From positions 310,001 through 374,000 of the forward strand of contig JBLWGC010000230.1 in assembly GCA_048772705.1 (NCBI GenBank): a stretch of 64,000 bases of DNA. The letters run 5' to 3'. Under the pieces are notes generated by a model. That model was not told where the DNA came from and did no database searches. It saw nothing but the letters and a program-made list of their open reading frames with translations. Below, piece by piece: positions 57,305-64,000 of the stretch (position 1 is the stretch's first letter; the number at the start of each line of letters is the position of its first letter). Origin of the DNA: Leidyana gryllorum EB-2025a (taxonomy: Eukaryota; Protista; Apicomplexa). The position numbers were made by a program, and so were the translations under genes.

Positions 57305-58410
57305 TCAGTGATTGGGGAAATGACTCGTGATTTCGTCTCCGAGATCCTCTCCGGCATCGCGAGCTTTGGAAATCAGTTTTTGTAGGCCCTGACGCATCTT
57401 CTTCAGCTCCTTCTCAGCAGTTTTCTTCGGCTTGCCATCGGCCATATGTTCTACACGCTCCTCGAGTTTCTTCAGTTGCTTCATGCGCTTGTTGATTTCA
57501 TCTTTGGCCAAGTCTGTCGGTGTTTCGGACCGGAAGAGGCCAGCTGTCATTTCGTGGGTGAGATGGTTGAGCATCAAAGAGACCTCGAGATCGTTGATGG
57601 CGGACCCGATAGCCACTCTAGTTTTGTCTTCGATGTTGCTGTTGCCGAGGATTTCCTTCAAACGCTGTCTGGCGGCCTCAGCGCTGACCAGATCATTGCT
57701 CGAATGTCCTCTTCCTCCGAATATGTTCCAGAAGGAGTTTAGGTCCATGAATTGTGTGAGATCCGAATAGCTTCTCTCTACTTTACCTCTGAGATTCTCG
57801 CCTTTGCCCTTCAAATGATAGTATTCACCACGGGCCTTGTCCTCGGCTCCTTTTGCCGAGTGGGCAGCCCCACGGAACCATCCACCACTCATATTCTCAA
57901 CAGTCTTGGGCTCTCTCCAGGCTCCGTCGTCTACGCGATGCTTGTCAGAGGTGGATTTACGGCCCCAGCCCCACAGGATGGAAGAGTCCGAGTCATCTTT
58001 GAGATTCTCCAGAGCTTTTCCTCCCTTTGCTACGCCTTCTCGGCCGTACTCGGAGGCCTTCTTGGCGCCCCGCTCGCCGAAATCAGCAGCCTTCTTTACG
58101 CCATCCTTGAGACTGTCATAGGCCGCGTCGGCGGTCTTTTCGGTCTTTGATCGACCGAACCATCGGGTGGCCATACTGTCAGGAGCGCGATTGCTCCATT
58201 TTGTCGAAAGATCAGTGATCAATTCCATGCCGAGATTCCAGTCTGCCGCCGATTCCATCAAAGCGTTCACCGCAAGGGACTGTCAGGGTACTCATATTTG
58301 CACCACCAACGTTCACCACCTACCGCCGCGCCATTTCCAAAGTTGGGGACGTCTACAGCCGCGTTACAAAGCGACGCTCCGATAATGGTTGACTGGAGAA
58401 GAGTTCGCAT
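57305..58410 (-). CDS. Secreted ~353-aa LEA-like paralog lacking the acidic extension
   Basis: Signal peptide MRTLLQSTIIGASLCNA; 87-nt first exon and intron 58280-58323 at the same position as in the neighbour; shared ALMESAADWN, KGKGENLRGK, AGLFRS.. PTDLAK.EI.KR.KQLKKLEERVE. Confidence 0.88.
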
Positions 58411-58450
58411 TTTCGTAAAGTTATCGTCAGTTCCTCAGAGGTGCGGCCGA

Positions 58451-58489
58451 GTGCAACGAGTGCAGATGGAGTCACCTTGGATGCATGCA
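58451..58489. promoter_or_regulatory. Conserved upstream motifs GTGCAAC-n-GTGCAG...TGCATGCA
   Basis: Same arrangement upstream of the other paralog (56956-56986); TGCATGCA is a known ApiAP2 binding site. Confidence 0.5.
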
Positions 58490-58644
58490 CATTCGGGCAT
58501 TACCCACCCGTGAAGTTTAGTGTGTTTCGAAACGACCATTGAGGTCTCAACTCTAACATGAGAGGGCTGTGAAACATCAAAGCGCGCGGAAAACCGCCAC
58601 TTGAACATACATTTCACATCCGACGTTGTGGTATTAAGAGCAGT

Positions 58645-59814
58645 ATGACGGTTGAGGAAGGAGCAATGCAGTGCCAAGCACGTTCGGCAGTCTTCCCTGC
58701 AGATAGCTCATCAACGAGTCTCATGAAGTTTCGCAGATTGCTGTCGAAAGTATGTCTTGAAGTCGAAGCGCACGGAGCGCTTTCTTATGTTCTCTCGTCA
58801 TTGGAAGCCACGGAGTCGCAAGGGCCAAGAGTGAGGAAGCTCACGGCCTTAGAGAGAGAAATCTTCTCTACGATATACAGTATGCTCGCCTTTGAGAGGA
58901 CCATACATCACTTTGTGCTTACTTTCTTAAGTACCGGATACGTCTTGTGTCTCCATTTACAAACGCTCACTCTCCAACGACGTACCGCTAACGCCCTTTT
59001 AGCCAACTTGGACAGTGGGCGAGCAGTGGCGATATACATCGCGGCCATCTGTCAGTCTCATCTGGCTCTGTTGCGGCTGGTCGTGGACTACGAGTCACGT
59101 TATCCACAGTCGATTCGTCGCAGCAGCAAAGTGACACCAATTACACGTTCACATCTTGTGCGGGAGGAGCCGTATCTGAACTTGAACTTGCGTGTCGGGG
59201 TACAGGTACCAATGTATCTGGCCTCGGAGGACAAGGCAGTTGGGTCAGTGCCTCTTGATTTCGAGATCATCATATTGGGTGAACGATTTTATCGCAGTGG
59301 TCTGACTGTTTGTGCGTCGCTGAGTGACCTCTCAGATGGTCATAACATTCGACCTCACGCGCCGACGAATCGAGTAGTCACGCTGGTAGCGGAAACAGAG
59401 CTGCACGCCTTAGAGTTACGGTTCAGAGCCACAAACTTAGTCGCGGACGCCAAGAGACATAAGTCAATGCTCGATATGGGGCCACAGCTGGATAACTCCC
59501 ACATCTTTGCTTCAGCCGAGGTGTGTATGAAGCTCGAGGAGGCGAAACGGATGGCCCGCGTATCGGATGAGAAGCTGACAAACCTTCGTGACCCAAAGGT
59601 TCAGCCTGCCAGAACCCCTGAAGGTACACCGCTGTCGAACTTCATGGCAGCGTCCCTCCAACAGTGGGTCAGTCCTCCTAACCAGTGGTTTCCAGCTCCG
59701 GCGACGGCCCAGCGTACATTGAGTAGTTACTTTGACGTGCAACGAATCGATCCCCAGATTAGACAGTTTCGTGAGAAGTCTTGGGCAGCCCTCGTCAACG
59801 GGGATCTCTTTTAA
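58645..59814 (+). CDS. Hypothetical protein (start may be 58723)
   Basis: 389-codon open frame, no recognised motif. Confidence 0.6.
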   Translation: MTVEEGAMQCQARSAVFPADSSSTSLMKFRRLLSKVCLEVEAHGALSYVLSSLEATESQGPRVRKLTALEREIFSTIYSMLAFERTIHHFVLTFLSTGYVLCLHLQTLTLQRRTANALLANLDSGRAVAIYIAAICQSHLALLRLVVDYESRYPQSIRRSSKVTPITRSHLVREEPYLNLNLRVGVQVPMYLASEDKAVGSVPLDFEIIILGERFYRSGLTVCASLSDLSDGHNIRPHAPTNRVVTLVAETELHALELRFRATNLVADAKRHKSMLDMGPQLDNSHIFASAEVCMKLEEAKRMARVSDEKLTNLRDPKVQPARTPEGTPLSNFMAASLQQWVSPPNQWFPAPATAQRTLSSYFDVQRIDPQIRQFREKSWAALVNGDLF

Positions 59815-59910
59815 TGTTATACATAGCAATTGATCGCAGTGACCGACTAATTAGTCCGCCTCTTCAAGTTTGGTGGGATTTAATTTTTGTTTGCGGCTAT
59901 TGTCAGCAAC

Positions 59911-62465
59911 ATGCAATCGGGGCCTTATCCACCCCAACCGAGGATCCCAATGGACCCGAGGCTTGCTATGGGCTATTATGGGATGTATCAACCCCCTCCC
60001 TTTGCTGGAGCCCCCGAGTTTGTACCACCTCCTGCTTATACTCAGCCTTGGGGCCCACCACCCATGGATCCTCCGCCTCACGTCGATCCAGGGCGCTTTC
60101 CATTCCTGGGTCCACCGGGGAGAACAATTGTTCTGCCTCCCATTAGTGCGAGAGCGCCGTCGTATAAGATCCCGTTGCCGAGCGGTAAGTGGCGTTGTAA
60201 ATCGGCTGTTCTCCCATTTACGGCTTTCCAGACTGCGAAGGGATCATTTTTGCTTTGGAAGGCAAGTATGACTGTGGGGATGACATGGTGTGCGATGCTG
60301 CTTACAAGGTACTGTGTGCGATTGCAGATCGCCATGAGAAGATGATTGCCACCAATTTCGAGCAAATGTGCAAGGGCCGTTCACGGAGTCAAATTACAAA
60401 GCAATTGGATACTTCTTGGATCACTTCGGCCTATTTGGCGTCGAGACTGGTCGTCATTGCCAACGAAATGATCGATGGCGCCGAAAGAGTATTGGCGGAT
60501 CGCGCCGCATCTCGAAGCAGTAACGAGTACATTTGGGACGATGTGATACACCTCTCCAATACCTATGGGCGATGTGAGGCGTTAGTGAGTATTCTCCAAG
60601 CGTTGGAACGCTGGATGCAAATCCGCTACACCCTGGGCTGTTGCGAGACACGTACCACCAAGAAGAAGGAGAAAGCCAAAGAAAAGCCGACCAAGGCTTC
60701 TATACTCAATAGACCTGAAGCCTTACCTCGGACCCGAATGCCGAGGCGGAATGTCATCTCGATTGGCGAGTTCGCAGACACATTAGAAAGCTCCAAGTCA
60801 CTCCCCCTACCACAACCTCCCGTCAGAGAGAACTTTTACCCTTCTCTGGTCCGACTGTTCTCTCGATTCTCCGACCTGTGGTGCCGAGTGGCCGTCGCGG
60901 CTCAGAATGAACTCGTGCGAAAACGCCTGGAAATGATCCAGGCGCGCGCACAAGAGCAACCGCAAGAGAGTCAAACCTTCTTGGACCCAATGCTCAATGA
61001 AGTCTTCTTGGAATCAGTCAAAGAGGCAGAATTCCAAGCTTGGCGCGATCAGAGACGCAGTAGTCAGGGGGTCAATGACATGAGTGAAGGGTCACGCCGT
61101 ACCAATGATACCGCCAGCACCGATGCAAAGGTCTTACTGTCAGCTGACTCTCAAACTATGCCCGATATGGAGGCCAAGAAAGCCAGACTGGAGCGAATGA
61201 TAGCTCAAGTCAAACAGAATGATGTCAGTATCACTGCTCCCTTCGCGGCCGGCTCGTGTGTTGCCATGCGCAGTGTCTTTGCCCTGGCCAGCATACTGAG
61301 CCGAGTCGGTGATCCTGAACTCATGAAACAAGTCGTCAAGTGCTTCGTTGGTATCTGGAACAATCTCAAAGCTCAGCCTCCTTCTCTGGGCACCATACCC
61401 CTGCTGTTCTGCGATATTGGCTCATGCATGAACGAACCCTTATTGCAGATGGGATGGGAAATGTGTATTCAAGCGGGCCTCACCGGAGAATGGAAACAGA
61501 TTCAGGAACAGTTCAACCAAATGTGCTACACATTGGCGTTGCACTGCTTACATTGTTTCGGACGATTCACCTCCCTGCACCTCTTCCCGGCTGTTGGAGG
61601 ATCCCTGACTGCATGTTTAGACATCACAGAGGTCTTCCCTCCCGAAGCCTTTGTTCCGGTTGATCTTCCCATGGCACAAGCGGCTCTACTGGTCGTGCTC
61701 GTGACCGTTGAAGAGATACAACTGTCCAACACCGTCTCACCCGAGGCCCAACGTGATCTGCGAGACCTGCTCTATCGACTGGTATACGCTGCATGGGGTA
61801 GTGCAGTAGTCGTGGGGCGAGTCAAAGGTTTGGTTTCCGACCCCGTGAGCGTTGCAGACAACCAAGACCCAGACGCACAAGTCCTGAGGCAGCTGATCGA
61901 ACATCTGCAACCTCACTTGCGGGCCCGAGTTGTCAATATACTTAAACACAAGTATCCCTACTTGCGAATTCAAGATCTGTCCGGTTCTGCCGAACCAGTA
62001 ACGGCCACACCCATTAATTCACCAGACCCTCTTAGGAGTAATGAGCCACAAATTGCTGCCGGATCCTACACCAAACCTCAACCATCGTTTAATGAGGTCA
62101 AGCCAACCGGATTGGTGGACACAGTAAAGGAGAAGTGCACGCCCCCAATTGCGGAACAGTATTGTGTGCTTTTCGAGCACTTTGTACACACGATCGCACA
62201 CGTCCTGATGGGGATGATTAACGAGAGTGTGGTTGCCAGGAGCTTGTTATCGGTGACTCTGCCAATCATGCAACACATTCTGGTCCTCACTAAGAGCAAT
62301 CCATGGTCACGGATTGTGGATGCAATGATGAGTCCCGAGTGGTCGATGCCTGGGGCAAGCTTCTTCGCGTCGGAGTTACCGCAGTTGTCAGCGGAGTTGG
62401 ATCTGTGTGACAGCGATCTGACGGACGAGCCAGAATTTGAGGACACAGGAATGTATGATGTTTAG
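59911..62465 (+). CDS. Hypothetical helical protein with Pro-rich N-terminus
   Basis: Intron 60185-60231 joins ATG 59911 in phase to the 736-aa ORF. Confidence 0.72.
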
Positions 62466-62511
62466 CACGCATGCTGGCTGTCACACCCCACTCATATTTG
62501 TATCATTCAAC

Positions 62512-62971
62512 ATGTCGGACGACCTGGACATTACTTCTATTGCTGAGGTGGAGGATACCTACTGTTGTGGTATGATAACCCGGAAGAAGAGCAAAGCGCA
62601 CACTCGGGAGGAATATCTGAACACTTTGTTCGTCAGAGACTCCGAAAGGCTATGGCCAGTTCCTCGAGTTTTTCTGCCGATATGGAAGGAGGCTGGAGAG
62701 CTTCATGCGGTAAGTGAGGGTGAATAGGTCTAGGGTTTCATGTGTGGATGCACGACAGGTAATTCGAGTGAACGAGGATCAGATTCCGGACACTCCTTAT
62801 GCTGACGGGGAGCAACCTGCAGGAGAAGTGATAGAGCCATTCTGTGTGCACAGAGGCAGCTTCCATCCCGTTGAAGAGAACTTCTACGAGCACCGTCAGC
62901 AAATGGCCAGATACGATGCTCAGCAGCGCCGTCGGACGGCCCGAGCTTTGAGACATGCTATCAGACAATGA
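62512..62971 (+). CDS. Small hypothetical protein with a YCCG motif, 2 exons
   Basis: Intron 62710-62758 joins two short ORFs in phase. Confidence 0.65.
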
Positions 62972-63007
62972 CTCTGTTTAGTAGTTAGATATAACAAACC
63001 GATATCA

Positions 63008-64000
63008 ATGTTTGGCCCATCTCGCTTCTTTTCAGAAGGGAACGTGGGTGCCGGCTTGCTTCCCATAGTTTCTCAGGGTAGCTTGAGCAACTCTAATAAC
63101 CCTACCCCTCATCAAAGCTCAGTAAAATGTTCGTTGCTCCAATACGCTCGCGAGACACTCAAGGACGGCTTAGGGAACTACGCTTCGAACCACAAGATTC
63201 TGTATGTTGACAAGGAGACTCAGGGGATCCTAAGCTTGGCACTGAGCTTTTCTGAGCTCCTTGCCTACAACTTTCTCGATGTCGACAACATTGATACAAT
63301 GCCGGACGCTGGCAACGAGAGTCACACTACCGACTCTCTGCAGGCGGTGGTATTTGTGCGCCCAACTGATGCAAATATCAGTCGGTTGTGTGCAGTTCTG
63401 CACCGGCCTTACTTCCATGAACACCATTTAATATTCTGTAATGCTCTGTCAGAAGAGGATTTGGGTCGTCTGGCGCGAGCCGATGCCGAGAAGAAGACCG
63501 TTACGCGGGTTATGGAGCTGTATTTGGATTACTATATAATCCGTCCGCGTCTCTTCAGTCTGGAGGTTCCATCATGTGTGCGGCTGATGGCCGGAGACCG
63601 CACCTGTTGGCAGCCATTTGAAGACTGCATATTCCATCGCATCCTCGAAGGACTGTCGTCAGTGGTGCTGACGGCAGCCAAAGCTGCTGCACAGACTTCC
63701 TCAGCGGGTTCTCGCCAACTGATCCCCTCCATCAGAGTTTCTTCGAGTTCACAAATCGCCACTGTTCTCGGCATGCAGTTACTAAGCAAACTCAAAGGCT
63801 CGTGGCTCGAATTATTGAGAGATATGAAGAATGACCGTCCCGCCAGCCTCGAAAAGGGCAATACGGCGGTCGTTCTAATCCTCGACCGACGCGATGATAT
63901 GCTCACTCCTTTTGTCACTCCTTGGACCTATCAGGTGAGTTTACAGTAATTGTCCCAACTCGAGCTGATGTCTTCTCCCCTCCACAGGCAATGATCCAAG
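63008..64000 (+). CDS. VPS45: Sec1/Munc18-family protein Vps45, 3' truncated
   Basis: KILYVDKET..ILS...SELL, AVVFVRPT..NI, ELYLDY, LILDRRDDMLTPFVTPWTYQ|AMI across intron 63935-63987. Confidence 0.88.

Overview
Eukaryotic, very gene-dense window (intergenic gaps often 20-100 bp) with about 50 short GT-AG spliceosomal introns, mostly 39-65 nt. The ORF track therefore fragments or misses many genes, and the gene models below were rebuilt by hand. GAP50 and an ATG12 lacking its C-terminal Gly point to an apicomplexan; the compact, GC-balanced genome suggests a gregarine (inference). About 30 protein-coding genes are present: a divergent head-to-head H2B/H3 variant pair, a ~5,900-aa HECT E3 ligase, DDX55/Spb4, a TKL kinase, a catalytically dead PI-PLC-like protein, a small histone-fold protein, Rrp15-like, XPC/Rad4, GAP50, ATG12, a glutaminyl cyclase, a divergent eIF4E, a USP, ribokinase, three tandem intronless F-box/PP2(Nictaba)-like genes, an ANTH protein, two tandem secreted LEA-like paralogs (one an apparent RRL/RxLxE-cleaved polyprotein) and Vps45. 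No tRNA, rRNA, CRISPR array or transposon was recognised. The best candidates for novelty are the secreted polyprotein pair, the F-box/PP2-like trio, the pseudo-PLC, the variant histone pair with 3' hairpins, and the abutting or overlapping gene organisation. All family calls come from motif recognition, not database searches.
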